Assembly: GCA_013265495.1 (NCBI GenBank)
Contig: MU058844.1
Span: 11,616,184-11,680,183, forward strand
Reading direction: 5' to 3'
DNA length: 64,000 bases
Origin: Vicugna vicugna
Taxonomy: Eukaryota
Part shown: positions 41,919-55,705 of the stretch, in pieces
How positions within the stretch are numbered: position 1 is the stretch's first letter
Layout: every line of letters begins with the position of its first letter
Notes under the pieces: model-generated
What the model was told of the DNA's origin: nothing
What the model saw: the letters and a program-made list of their open reading frames with translations, nothing else
Database searches by the model: none
Program-made: the position numbers and the translations under genes

Positions 41919-43490
41919 AAGGGATTCGGCATGACTACCTGTTTGGACTGAGACTTCCCTCAATATACTAAGTTTTAATGATTGATACTCTGAGAGGCAT
42001 GTAATATCATGACAGTCCTTAATGCCTTTTCGTAAACTCTTTCATCAGCTGGGATTTTAGTATCTGGATTACAGCACCACAAATGAAATCCATCTGTCAT
42101 TTAATACAATACAAAATTAATAATTTATATGATACATTATGCTTTTATATTTTAAAAAAAGTCATGATTAAACATGCAAAAATCAGTAAAAATATCGTTA
42201 AATTGATTACTTTATATTTGAGATGAACAACCACTATATTTAAGAATAAAATTTAGATAACAATGTAATGGACAAACCAGAATAGACCTAGAAAAAGTTT
42301 CTTTGTTACTACAGTTTGTGGAATTTTGTCCACATTCAATAAAGTCTTTGGTACCTGGAGCTTTGTCTTTCTCTCTTTTGAGACTCATTCTGTCATCATA
42401 ATGAGTTAATGGCCACCTGGATAAATCATCTACAGAACCGAATTCTGACTTCGGGACCATTCTACATTAGTAACTCAGGCTATGACTTGTACCTTGCTTA
42501 ATCACCCAGGACACCTCTCAAATGTTAAATTTCATTTTGTTTTTTGACATGAATCATCTTCACCTAACTTCACTTCTCCACAGACTTTGACACTGGTGTC
42601 TATTCCCTCTTCTTTCCATTTCACAAATATCAGTGACCCCTCTTTGGTCTCACCTTTGTGTTAGAGTTGGTTTCTTTGTCTCTTCAATGGCTACTCTTCC
42701 TTTACTCCTTTTGAAAAGTCAAGGGTTCATTCTCAAGATTTGTCTTCTTACTCTACATCACAGATCCAAATGGGCTTGTAGCCCACACAGTGTTAATCCA
42801 CAGAGCGTTTTAAACAAAATTAATTACAGTTACTGCCATAATAAGCCTCACAGCATCCAATGAGTGACACTATGGCTGGGATACAGACCTTAGATTTGGC
42901 TTACTTTTTATAAAAAAAAACTTTAAAATGTGCTCAAATAGTTTTGCCACCATTCCTTGCACCTGCTGGGCAGGCATCTCATGAAGGGAGGCATCCTCAT
43001 TCTGTCCAGCGGGTACCACCACCAGCACATCTCTTTGGGAAACTTCAGTGGACCTAGGGAGTCTACACAACCATCTGTAAGTCTGTTCATTGTTTCTTGC
43101 TTCTCTCTGATTTCCCAGAATATCTGACACTGAGGAAAGTGTATACCTTTAATTACCTATTAATCTCATTGATCTCCAAAGACAGTTGCCAATATTTAAA
43201 AATTGGGAGAGTTCTCCAAAAAGTCTAGACTCTTGACTACAATTAACAAATCCAATGGTTTGGCAATCCTCAGCCACCCTTTCCACATTTCCTCTAAAGT
43301 TGAGGGTAGATGCCAGCTTTGGAATGGCATCCATGTCCCTTCTGCTGCACTCATTTCATGTGATGTTCCTGATCTCTATAGGATTTGAGCTTACGATGCA
43401 CATACTACACATACTTGCCACTTTAATCCAGCACTTAGAGAATGACTGATCCTATATCTCAAAGGATGAATCCACCTAGGTGTTAGACAG

Positions 43491-43915
43491 TTTTACGGAC
43501 TGAATTGGGTCCATTCCCTCCCCACTCCTTGACCACCACCAAATTCATATGTTGAAGCTCTGACCTCCAATGTGTATATATTGGAGACAGAACTTTTATG
43601 GAGGAAATTAAGGTTACATAAGGTCATAATAGAGGTGAGGGCTATCCCAATACAACTGGTGTCCTTATAAGAAGAGGAACAGACACTAAATATCTCTGTC
43701 TTTCACAGCAAGAGAGCACAGAGAAAAGGCCACGTGAGGACACAGTGAGAGGGTGGCTGTTGGCAAGCCAAGAAAAGGCCTTCATAAGAAAATGAATTTT
43801 CCAGCATGCTAATCCTGGATTGGTAGCCTCCAGAACTGTGAGAAATACAAATGTCTGCTGTTCAAGCCACCCAGTCTGTGCTTCTGTGTTATGACAGTCT
43901 GAGCAGAGTACGACA
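43491..43915 (+). mobile_element. MLT1A-type MaLR solo LTR
   Basis: aaattcatatgttgaag, actggtgtccttataagaagagga, cctccagaactgtgagaaatacaaatgtctgctgttcaagccacccagtct. Confidence 0.88.
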
Positions 43916-44255
43916 CATGGACCAAACCCAAGTTCCTCTCGAAATGATGTCCTACTTCTGTCCTTCAGTTCTGTGCTCATCTGCCTTCACCTGGACTTTG
44001 ACAGTCACTTCCTATGCAGTCTACCTGCACTGGTGTCTTTCTCTTCAATATTTGCTGTTCGAGAGTTCTTTTTAAAATATAATGATTAAATGTGTTCTTG
44101 CTTTGAAATAAAAAAAAAACTAATTAAAATACGTCAGACAGCTCCTTATTACCTACAGGTCCAAACACTCAAGAGGGCCCATCCAGATCCACTGTCTCCT
44201 GTCCACCCTTGCCCCCATCCCCAGTGCATGAGCAAGATCGCATTATTCATGGCTC

Positions 44256-44725
44256 TGACAAAGACTCTCTCCTTGACAAAACTTTAGCTGGGGTCCTCTG
44301 AGGTTGCTTCGCCACTTGGCCTTGATCTTGGCTCCCTGCTGGGCCAACACCGCCCACTTTTATTAAGAATTCTGCTAGGTCAGTTCTGAAAGAAGCCTCC
44401 ACCCTTCATAGCAGACTACCTTCCATATAGGATCAAATTTCTCATCCTCCATCCTCAGTACCCGATCATGTCAGGCCAACACTTTAACAAGAATCCTGTT
44501 GAGTGGGTTTAGCAAGAATCCTCCAACTCTCATATCTACTTTTAGTAATTTCCCTTTTGCTCACCCCCTTCATTCTGCGTATTGGCCATAAACCCTCACT
44601 TGTTCTTGTTGTACTCAGAACCGAGCCCAGTTTGGTACCGAGGTCTCTTTTCCCCAGTTGCAATAGTTTCTTATGAATCTGTTTTCATTGCTTTAACTCC
44701 TGTCAGCCTCTAGATTCCTTTAACA
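44256..44725 (+). mobile_element. MER31-like ERV1 solo LTR
   Basis: TG...CA ends (tgacaaagactctctccttgac...ctttaaca) and 4-bp TSD gctc on both sides. Confidence 0.85.
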
Positions 44726-46616
44726 GCTCCTTAAACTAAACTCTCCTACGTCTCCATGTTCCCCTGTATTCCTTCTGATTCCTCCCAGGCTATATGTCAA
44801 AAAGTCTTTTTTTTTCTTTCTTTTTTTTAATGGCCCGACTTAAATCATACTGCTTTTGGAAGCCTTTTCTTAGACTCTCAAGTTGAAATATTTATTCTCC
44901 ATTGGTGCTTCTAAGGTACTTTGTATACACATCCATTATGAATTGGTCAATTTTATTATCACTTCATATGTTCTTCAACTTTATATTTTCTCTGACCATT
45001 AAATTCAGGCCCTTTCACTTGTATTATTTTATTTTACTTTTACCCAAGGTGCTATTAGGATGTCAAGCACTTAGGAGTAACTATTTATTTATTAACTAAT
45101 ACTTGTTAATGTTAGTACAAAAGCCAACGTAAGGACAGTAAGAGGAATTAATGAAAGTCAAAACAACAATTATTTCCCACCCTCTCTCCAAAATGACCTT
45201 TTAAAAACAGCTCAACAAAATGGTGTAAGTGTATATGAATTAGGATTGGCCTCACTATAACCAGAGTCAAATGGATAAAGCCTGCACCTTTTAACTGTAT
45301 GTTATGAATTTATTTGTGGAGTTATCAGAAAGTCTCCAACATGTCTACAGATAAATCCCATTCTGTAATCTTTTCTTAGTCAGGTTAATAAGGAAATGGG
45401 GTTGGTGTTGGATTGATATAGAAAGTAAAGAAACTGCAAGATCTTTGAGTAATAAAATACTTAAAACATAACAAATCTGGCTGTTGGAAGCCCCCTTCTT
45501 TTCTTTGGGGTCATGTCAAGCTTCTGAGAAGACAAATTCAGCTGTTCCCCATCACCCATCATATTTTCTTCAGAAGTTGATCAAAGGAAAACCTGTAACC
45601 TTCACTATAGCAACACAAACAGCTCAAATCCTTTGCCATGCTAGCCAGCTGGGTACTCTGTCATTACATCAGTGTATTTTCACTGATACACCTTTTAGAA
45701 AGAAGATCTAACAAATACGAAAAATTAATAAAACACTGCTGATCTGTTTTGGCATTTACGCTTTCTTATCAGTGAACTATTGCAAGCCTTATTATTTACC
45801 AATTTACTAAAATGAACCAATTACTAATATGTTTCATATTATCTAAAAAACCCTTGACTAAGGTAGCTGGGAAACTAGAAATACAGAAGGTAAAAGACCC
45901 AACTCCTCGCACGATTATATCCACTAAATGAGGGCAGTAGGCTAAATGAGCATTACTTAAAATATTACAGGAACAAATTATTATCATAGAGAAAAAAGTG
46001 GGAGAATCAGTGATGAAAATGCTTAAGGAGAACTGGATTAAATACAGTGAAGCAGGCTTTATTTTGGCTCAGTACTTTGAGCCATGCTTGTCTACCCTAT
46101 TTGGAATGGAGATCAGAATGAAGAAAATTTTATGAACAACACCCTGTACAAATGAACAGAAGGACTGTCACAACTTTACTATTGAAGATTATGTATTTAA
46201 AACAATAAACGTCCTGAGTCACTTCCTGAATATAAGATTTTTAAATCGCTTCGGATTTGTCTAGAATAAAAGAGGAACTCCTAGGACTCCCATAGTAGGA
46301 ATTTTCACTACAACTGTATTGCTGTTTAACATGCAAAAATGATCAAAATGTTTTTTTGTATTCCTTAAATTACATCATGCTTTCAAAAACCTTCTACATA
46401 ATTCTCAAAATCGGAGACAGTTTATTTCAGGTGCAACACATCATTGATCTAATTTACAGACTATTTGTGCCATTGTTATGTTGATATTCTCTTTCCCTTG
46501 ACAAAGCACAGCTAATGAAGTCGGACTGCGAAATGCCAGTTTTTTTTTAATGTTTAAAAGTTTATATCAACTGTTTATATTTTCATAGGCCTGGCATCTA
46601 TTTGTTCATTTTCAGA

Positions 46617-46779
46617 TGTGGTTCACTAGTTTTAGTGTTTATCTGAGTCATCTGGTTAAAGCTCCGATCACTGGGCCCCAGATTCAGTAAGTCCTGGATG
46701 GGAATGATAATCTGCATTTCTAACAAGGTCCCAAGTGATGCTGATGCTTCTGATCCAGGGGCCACACTTTAAGAACTAT
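46617..46779. mobile_element. MER5A-like hAT-Charlie element
   Basis: atctgcatttctaacaaggtcccaagtgatgctgatgcttctgatccaggggccacactttaagaac. Confidence 0.8.
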
Positions 46780-47204
46780 GCCGTTTGCAGGTCCCAATTT
46801 ATTAGATAGATACCTGGGTCTTTCTGTTGGTCTGGGGTTCCTCAGCCAGGCCCCAGTCTGGAGCCTTAAGGGAGCAAGGAGAGCTAATTTTCCCACATGT
46901 CTCCAAAATAAGTCACCTTTGTATTGATTTCTAGGTTCTGCCATCATAAATCTCATTGTCCAAAGACCAAGAGAGTTTTTTTCACTTCTAATGTTCTCCA
47001 CTGTCAGCCAACAGTGTGTAGGTCACAAGTTTCAAAATGTGGGCCACACTTTGGATTTCTTTCCCTCCAATCACTGCTTTCTATTTTCCCACATAACTCA
47101 TTCCCTCTCTTACATCATATCCTTGCAGTATCTTGGCTGTTTTCGCAGTCTTATTTGCCTCTTTACCCAAATGGACTGTAGCTAGCCTAGAAGGATATAT
47201 TCAT

Positions 47205-47645
47205 TCCTTGGTTCACTGACTCCACAAGTATTTATTAAAAGCTCAGCGTATAATAAATATGACAATAATTCTGCATTCCTGAGCTTACACTGTAATGGGG
47301 GAGATGCAAAGTAAACACGTAAACAAATGAGTAATTACGGTATATTTTAGGGGTGATGTGTACATTGAAGAAAATAAAAGAAGGTAACAGGAAAAAATGA
47401 CTGGAAATGAAACGCATCTTAGCTACTCTGTAAATGCTTCTCTAAGGGAACATTAAGATGAGACAGAAATGTGATGGAGGCGATAATACAAGAAATGTAG
47501 AAAAGGGCATTATAGGCAGAAGAAGCATCAATTCGAAAGCAGCAAGATGTCCATGGTGTTTGAAGGCAGTGAGAATCAGAGGGAAAATGCTGTAAGAGGA
47601 GTTCAGGTGGGGGTTGGGAGTGGGCAACATTTTTCTTAAGCCTTT
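47205..47645 (-). mobile_element. L2 3' fragment
   Basis: caagtatttattaaaagc...gagcttacactgtaatggggg...ggtgtttgaaggcagtgagaa. Confidence 0.6.
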
Positions 47646-48619
47646 TAGAACCACATGGTTTACACACACCTTTTACACAGTCTAGGAGGCTAGCATACAC
47701 ACAGGATGAGAGCCAAAACTGTTCTTTTGCCCAACCAAACATCAGCATCATTTGATTGAGGAGAAACTGAAGACTAACAATAGAATTCACCATCTAGCCT
47801 TTGGAGTTGGCTGTATAAAATGCGCAATGAATCATACTCAGTTATTTCAGAATGTGGATACACTAGGTCTGAACCATTTGTCCGCTTCACAACTGCTGAG
47901 TTAAAGAACTACTCTAGGTATTGACACATAGTAGTAGTAGTTCTAGGAATATGCAATCCCATTCTGCTCACGAAAGTAAAAAAAAAATCTGAGTGAAGCG
48001 GGGCAAAATCAAGTCAGAAATATGTCTTACAACATTATTTCACAAACACGGTATTCTCAAATAGCAGTGATTCTGATACAACTGGCAAAACAATTCCCAG
48101 CAAAATAATAACTAGTATATGAAACACACACAAACCTTTTAAGCAATTTGAAGTCTAAAAGAGATTAGCCTGCAGCAAGAGCTGTGTGCTTTCAAAAAGC
48201 CCCTCAAAAAAAAGCATCAAGCTTATTTTACCTGATGATTAGAATTGTTTTAATCTTTCGATCATTAGCCCCCAGGCAGATCTGAGGGCATCTGTATTGA
48301 AAGGTATTTATCAGCTGGGGTTCTTTTCAAGTAAGGAACTTAAGTCTAGGTTTATAATTTGGTGTTTACAGATATTAATATTTGTCACCATGTAACCCAA
48401 AATTTGTTAAGCATTCTCACCAGCAAAGCAATTTTTTTCCAGCATTATACAGAGCCAAAAGTTTTGTAAGCAAAACCACCTTAGTTTTTAAAATGTTCCA
48501 AAGTAATTATTATACCAAAATAAAAAGCCTTTTGGTTTATACTGTAAAACTCCAAGGATCTCATTTAAAAAGCTGCTTTATTCACCACCCCCCATCATCA
48601 AATATGCTGACGGCATTAC

Positions 48620-48739
48620 CTGTCTGCATCTACTGTCACATCATGAACTCCTCTCTGGATGACATCCCTGGAAGTGGCTGTGTCTGGTATTCGGTTCAGA
48701 CTTCTAGTATACAGGTTCAGCCCTCCATCTGTCATGTAC
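48620..48739 (-). CDS. NAV3: NAV3 internal coding exon, 120 nt (GYMTDGGLNLYTRSLNRIPDTATSRDVIQRGVHDVTVDADS); absent from the ORF track
   Basis: Manual translation of the minus strand. Acceptor ttttcag|G, donor GACAG|gtaatg, phase 2 to 2. Confidence 0.96.
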
Positions 48740-50205
48740 CTGAAAATAAATGCCTAATTAATCAACAGAAAAGTAAATGACCTCATTTGTATAATTTAAC
48801 TTAATACACTGTGTTTATAATTTTTATTAATTATGCAAATAGGCTCTTTTATAGCTTTTTTCTATATAAACATTCTACTCACCAGGAAGTATCAGAACAG
48901 CTTTTCAAGTTTATTAGGAAATTATTCTTCCTTACGGCAATAAGTAGATAGCCTATTATAAAGCCATTCCTTTCCCCCTTTTGTTAATGATATTTTGAAC
49001 AAGCTTATAGATAATGTAACTCCTAGCAACACTGGAGCAAGATCATTTCATTTTGTAAATACCATTTTTGAAGCATTGAAGGTCACAGGAGTCATGTTAA
49101 AATTCGATTAATTTATTCGATAAGTAAAATGTACACAATTGACCACTATTGTAAAATAATAACTAAGATGTATTAAATGTTTAAGATGTTGCCAGGAACT
49201 GTTCTAAATAATTTACATGTCATACATCATTATCCTCACATTAGATCTGGGTTGTTGATTGGGTGAAGAGTGTGAAATGGTCTTAGCACATCAAAAAGGA
49301 ACATGAGCTTTAGTGGGGAAGACAATATATGGTCAGTTTATGCTGTATTTGTGGTGTCCACAGGAAATCCACATATCCGCGCACAGGAAGCAGTTTAATA
49401 TTTCATTCTAGAGCAAGGTGGAGCAGTATGGCCTGGAAATAGTAATCTGGAAAACAGAGATGTGAAGAAAATATGCCATAACTATGCAAAGTTTTTCTAC
49501 ACAGAAGAAAGAGGAGTAGCAGTATAGGGGAGGAAGATTTAGAAATGTTTCATGAGACTATTGGGTTTTTTTAATGTCATCATCTTATAGCTTATAGAAT
49601 TTGAACATGGCTAAAGTTATCCTAAGACTTTCATCATTGGAGAGATTTTAATTTTTGTTTGTTTGTTGCAAGTTTCCTTTGCAACTTTTTGTACTAATCT
49701 TCTCTATGACTATTACTTCTTCTTAAACTCATCTTAGCTAATGGTTTAGAAGTGTAGGTATAACATTATCAGGAATTTTTTAAAAAAAATTTTACATTAT
49801 TCTTTCAAAATGATCTCCTACCATTTATAGCTCCCAGACTACAGCAGAATTTTTCTAGAGGAACTATGAAATTCATGTTAAGTTTTTAAAACCTTCAGAA
49901 AAAAGGAAGGAAGAATTTTCAAGAAAAATGTAAATGAGGAATTTTCTTTATCCATGTGATGACGCTATGTAACTTTTCAGATAATAAACTCATGGTTTTA
50001 GTATGAAAATGTCCTACCAACACAAGTGTCTGTAAACAGGAATTAGACACCACTAACATTTTTAGTTCAATTAATACCTGTTTAAACCTATTTGATATTA
50101 CCTGAAAAATTCAAGAAAAGGTTAAGGACTCTTACAAGGTCACTCAACCAGTCATAGCAGAATTGAGAATAAATCTAGAAAGTCGGCTCCAGAAACCATG
50201 ATCTT

Positions 50206-50402
50206 TCTTTTCTTTGTAATATATTTTTCTATTGAAGTATAGTCAGTTTACAACATTGTGTCAATTTCTGGTGTGCAGCATAATGCTTCAGCCACACGTG
50301 AACATATATATTCATTTTCATATTCTTTTTCACCATGAGTTACTACAAGATACTGAGTATAGTGTCCTGTGCTGTACAGTATGAACTTGTTGTTTATCTA
50401 TT
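50206..50402 (-). mobile_element. L1 3' end, part of a composite insertion
   Basis: Reverse complement resembles the L1 3' ends at 1-200 and 31804-32040; degenerate poly(T) next to the left TSD. Confidence 0.88.
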
Positions 50403-50503
50403 AGCTCAAGCAGTAGAGTGCATGCTTAGCGTGCACAAGGTCCTGGGTTCAATCATCAGTACCTCCTCTAAAAATAAATAAACCTTATTACCTCCCCCAG
50501 CCA

Positions 50504-50538
<35 letters not shown>

Positions 50539-50540
50539 AT
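50402..50540 (+). mobile_element. 5'-truncated vic-1-like SINE, part of a composite insertion
   Basis: tagctcaagcagtagagtgcatgcttagc...gtcctgggttcaatc...(TAAA)n. Confidence 0.88.
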
Positions 50541-50579
50541 GTTCTTATTGTTCAGAAACCATGATCTTAACAACCACTG

Positions 50580-52020
50580 AGATTTTGTGTTAAGCATTCT
50601 TTTGCTTTTCTTTATGGTTTTACCATATGGGCATGTATTCTTCAAAATACATTGTTTAGCATGATTTTGAACTGTATATAAACTGAACCAAATTATATAT
50701 ATTCTTTTGTGACTTATTTCCTTCACTTAAAACTACATTTTTGCCAATCATCTATCTTGATGTATATTCATGTTAGAGTTGTACAGCTTTGTTTGTCAAA
50801 CGCTCTCCAGTCTATTAATCAATCTGACTGTTAGGGACATTTAAGCTGTTTTCTGTTTTGTTTGTTTGCTGTTACAAACAACTCTGCCCTGAACATTTGT
50901 ATACACACACTTCCTTGTGCTCACAGGCAAGGGCTTATCTAAGATCTATATATAGGAAGGGAATCATTGGGTCATAAGAGATACATACACATCTTCAAAC
51001 CTTACTAGTGAATGCCAAAGAGTTTTCAAAAAGGTTTCAAAACAACCTCCTATAAAACTCTACGGATAGGGATTCTCATGCTGTTTTTAATTTACAAGTT
51101 CCTTATTACCAAGCACGTTGATTATATTTTTATTTTGTTATGGGCCATTTATGTGTGAAATGGCTATTTATGCCTTTTGCTCATTTTTCTATTGAGTTCT
51201 TTGCTTTTTTTGTTTGCTTTTTCTTTCCTCATTGATATTAACCCTTTCTGAGTTATGTGTGTCGCATATGTGTGTGGCTTACATAGGGTTTTATCCTGAC
51301 ATCCTTCTCTTGCTTATTTTTATGTGACATGAATTCTTCTGAATAAAAAGAAACTTGATCCAGATTCCTTCCTAACGTCACACAGTAACTGTTTCTGTTA
51401 TTTTTGTGTAGTGTTTTAAAATGCAGTGAGCAGCTTTTTGAGATTTTGGGAGTCTGTTCCCATCTCCCAGTTTTATCTGGACCTTTCCTATCTGCATGTT
51501 TCGCTACATCCTGTTCAATTCTGCTTCTACTCCTGGAAGTTCTCCGCCAGTGTGGGGCTCTGCCCTGGAAGGGCGCTGTGGCTGGACAGTCTAATGAAGT
51601 CACGGGAACTAGACTGCTCCATTCCCGTCAGATGCGACCTTCAGCCCTCACTCTCCCTGGCTGGTCAAGTGGTCCAAACCCTCTCAGCTTAGCTGCTATC
51701 TTCACATCTGCTCTGGGTGTTTCCTAGTCAGTTTCTCTTGGCTACTTGGGGTTCTTCTGTTCTCATTGTTATCAGCGGCCCAAAAACTACCCTCTGTTTC
51801 TTCTTCTGTGCACAGACGCTGAGGCAATGAGGGTCCTTTGGCTCCTGACTGTCGCTAATTCCTTATATTTATGGTTTGAGATGATACCTTGCCATCATCT
51901 TTCTTGTGTAAACAATGATCACGTTCTTATGGCTTTATTATCTAGTTGCTTTGTCTGCTTTTGTGGAGATTTGGAAAGATTCAAAAACCTCTGCTTCCAT
52001 CAGATCTCCCTCGAATTCTC
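50580..52020 (-). mobile_element. Old L1M fragments: 3' region, then a probable 5' UTR segment
   Basis: Antisense L1ME-type motifs at 50580-51420. The GC-richer 51440-52020 resembles an L1M 5' end (weak). Confidence 0.5.
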
Positions 52021-52324
52021 TTTTTACATTCAATGTACCTCCTTTCAGCCACTGTATGTAACAATTAGCTATTTTTATGACATGAACACACAGGGCACCT
52101 AAAGTGTTTTTTTTTAACCTCAAAGGAATTCTAGTTCAGCATCTTCCTGTAGATGAGCACAGATAATATTAAGGATTATCCCCAAGATCAGAGATGCTAG
52201 CTACAACAACTATCCTAATAATGAGTGATTGCTGTGAAGTCCTGTTACATTTGTTTGTAAAAGATCAACTCCTAGGAGAGAAATGCATACAAACAGTCAT
52301 GTAGACAACTTCACAGGGGAGGCA

Positions 52325-52610
52325 TGTCAAGATGATTACGAGTGCAGACTGGAGCCAGACTGTTCTCAAGTTCAACTCCAGCATTGCAAACACCAAGAAA
52401 TTTGGAATTCCCAGAATGCCAATTAACAAATTTCTGAGTTCTACCTGAAGTTACTTAACCTATCTATGCCTCAGTTGTTTCATCTGTAAAATGGAGATAG
52501 TAACGATACACTTACCCTTTACAGATATGGTGAGATACAGATGAGTTCATATATATAAAATGCATAGAACACTGCCTAGCACACGGTAAGTGCTTCATGG
52601 AAGTTTTGGC
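52325..52610. mobile_element. MIR SINE
   Basis: Core agttacttaacctatctatgcctcagttgtttcatctgtaaaatggagatagtaa. Confidence 0.8.
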
Positions 52611-54049
52611 TAGTATCGCCGGCTATTCTTTCATTACAATGTCTACATTCCCTAAAAATAACTCTCATATCTTGAATATGAAATGACTAGTAGCATTATG
52701 ATTGGGAGTCTGTCGTTTAGCATGTAAACTCAGGTAGCCCTGCCCTTCCCAATGAAGACCACGCATGCTTTAGTCATCACAAAGGTTACTGAAGGGGAAC
52801 GGATGGAGTGTCGGGGAGAGGCGGGATGAAAGTATCCACCTCCCTTTTTAAAAGTGTCATTCCCTAGACATTCTCTGTGTTTGGGCCAAGTGACAAAGCA
52901 GAATTTTAGGTTATATTCTTGGCCCAACTATTTATCACTATGACACTTGCAGATAACTTCAATTTCCACCCAATTAAAATATGTAACTTTCCTCCCCAGT
53001 TTCCCAGGGTGCTCCATTTTTGCTTCATACATGGGGACTTTTTCAAAGAGATTCATTATAAGTAAGAGGCCTTCCTCTGAATAATTCCTAATTACTGGCA
53101 GATTCACATCCCCAAGTGTTTAAAGCAATTTTAAGACGAGAAGAAAGAGATAAGCATTTGCACGCTTCAAGAAATTTCAAATTCTCAGAATGCTGATTAA
53201 CTAATTCTCTGAGTTCTACCTGAAGTACATGAAACAAAAAAATGAAACTGCACTCTCATTTACTTCATGACATTCCTTGAGGTTACATGAGAAAAAAAAA
53301 AATCCTAAATTAAACCTCTTCATTCGTTGTTGTGTCTTTTGAGCCTTTTGTCCCTTTAATCACTAAAACATACTTGAAAAAATTGGGAACAGACAGTGAA
53401 CTTTGTCACTCAGTTTTTTCATGAATCGTAGCACAGACATTTCAATGTCCTTTTTTTTTTCTTAAAGAAAACATCAGATTAAAATGTCCCCAGGATGTCT
53501 TCCCAACTTTTAATTCTAGGCTGAGACATCGGGTTGCATCCTCCTGGTACTGACAATGCGTATACCATGTTCACTGATGAGCAAGGAAGAAGTAGAGCAC
53601 ATCCTGGGTGTCCTCCCCACACCCCCAGTAACCCCTGAGCTGAGACCAGTGATACTGTCCACCGACCACATCTGGTCACTCTCCCTCCAGGGAACAGAAC
53701 GCTGAGTCATTCTTTAAATTTCAGTGTTCTGTACTCTATCGTGGGAAAGACAAAATGTAGAAGGCCCAACAGGTAAACATCACCGGAGGAAGTTCTCATA
53801 CAGGATTTGTGCAGTTCTTACTTATGCCTTTTCTTCTTCTTTTGATACTGAATATTAATAACTTTGTTGGCCAAAAGAAAACATGCAGACCACCAACGTA
53901 TGTTTACAGACTCATTTGTGGGACTATCCAAGGCCTCCTTTGAAAGACCAACAGGGAACAAAAATGGAGAACAGAAATCTGAATTCTGAGGCAGGAAACA
54001 AGTAGGAAAAACAAAGGACATGACAATATTTAAAAAATTTCTCATTAGT

Positions 54050-54482
54050 GAGTTCAGCAGAGACCAGCTAGCTCGCATCAAATCAATTTCCTCTTCCTCC
54101 CGGGCACACAGCTGAACTGTGGTTCCTGGCCGTGCTGACAGTCAGATGTGGGCACACAGCTGTCCTGGCTATGGAAAGGCAGATAGAAGTCACACGGACC
54201 ACTTCCAGCCCTGAAGCATATGAAATACTCTTAACACCACGGTTCTTTCTCTCTTTTTGTCATCTGCCTGTTGAAATCAATGCCCAGGGTGACATCAGAA
54301 ATCTGGCTGGATAATAGCAGTTATCTATCTACCATCCAGCTTAGTCTCTGAAAGACTGTATGATACACAGTGCCCAACTGAGGATCAGAAACACCAAGGA
54401 GGGTTTTATGCGAAGGAGGAATTAACTTCTTGGTATTAAGATACCGAGATTTTCTGTTACAGAAGTGAGTCTTCATTAACAC
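54050..54482 (+). mobile_element. MLT1H/J-type LTR
   Basis: ttcctcttcctcccgggcacacagct...agaagtcacacggaccacttccagccctga. Confidence 0.65.
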
Positions 54483-55499
54483 AGCTAGAGTCCTGGAAAA
54501 TACAAAATGTTCCTGAGTACAGGTATGATGGTCAAATATATTATCATTAGCAGCACTCAGTTTTTTTTAAATTGTCTTTTAAAAAATACTTATCTAAGAA
54601 TGTACATACACACACTTACACACATATGTACATATATTACTATTCATTTGTTGAATAAATGAGCACCTAGAAAAATATAAAAACACTAACACATGAGTGA
54701 TAAGTGGGCAGGCAATGTGTCTATATTGTTCACCACTGAACACAGTGCCTAGAATGTTGTTTGATCCATAGTTGGAACTCACCAAATATTTCTGAATACA
54801 CACGTATATTCATACATGATTCAGCTCACGATCCCTCTTCTCTATTCTTTTGCCAGAATTCCTCACGTCTCCCGCAATTTCTACTATCTCCTATATGAGA
54901 TCATATACTATGATTGTTAAGTTATTAATCATTAGGTTAACAATTACCAATGATATTAAATGTCATTATGATGGGGATGATACATTTACTGAGCACTTAC
55001 ATTGTGACAGGCTTGGTGCTAAGTACAAGTTTGTGGGTTACTTCCTTCACCCCTAACAATTTCATGAAGATTCCGCAATTTTGTCTTTATTACAGAAAGG
55101 AATGTGGATAACTTAAGCTCCCAGGGGTCCGCAGATAGCAAATGAGAGACAGAGACTTAATTTAGACACTCTGACTCCAGTGGCAACTCAACTACTTCCT
55201 ACCCAAATTAATGATCACCTGTCTCCCTAATGCTTGATCTTTAGAAACTGAGAGAAGGTGGCCACCGGGTGAGAATAAGGACATCAAAGCAGAGCTGTAA
55301 GTCTGATCAAAACCTCCTTTGTACTTTTAAAGGCCTTGTCATCATTCAGACAAGCTTTTCAAGAAAGAGGTCAGGAAGGGTTACTTGTACAGAAGAATGA
55401 TTTCTGACACTGATCCTCTCAGATGCAAAGAACAGGTCAAACCCAGACTCACATGAAAAGTATAGATAAAGTTCATTGGAAAGCTTTTTCTTGCATTAC

Positions 55500-55705
55500 A
55501 GAGCCTGGGATTTAAAGTCAGATCCATCTGGGTTCTAATGTAAGTCTAGCCTTTCCTTCAGCTTATTATGAATGGGACCTATTGGGATCAATTTCCTCAT
55601 CTGTAAAACAGGTATAAAAATACTCACCTCATAAGGGTTGGTGAGGGGCTTGGGGTTAAAGAATTAATGTCCTTAAAGTACTTAACAAGAGTGAAGTAGG
55701 TAATA
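55500..55705. mobile_element. MIR SINE
   Basis: Core tcaatttcctcatctgtaaaacaggtataaaaatactcacctcataagggttg. Confidence 0.75.

Noticed and set aside
48382..48780. 132-aa plus-strand ORF
   Set aside because: Antisense to the 120-nt NAV3 exon, non-ATG start, no recognisable homology.
51253..52123. Cluster of 60-118 aa ORFs as a gene or retrocopy
   Set aside because: No recognisable protein or splice structure; contiguous with antisense old L1 sequence.
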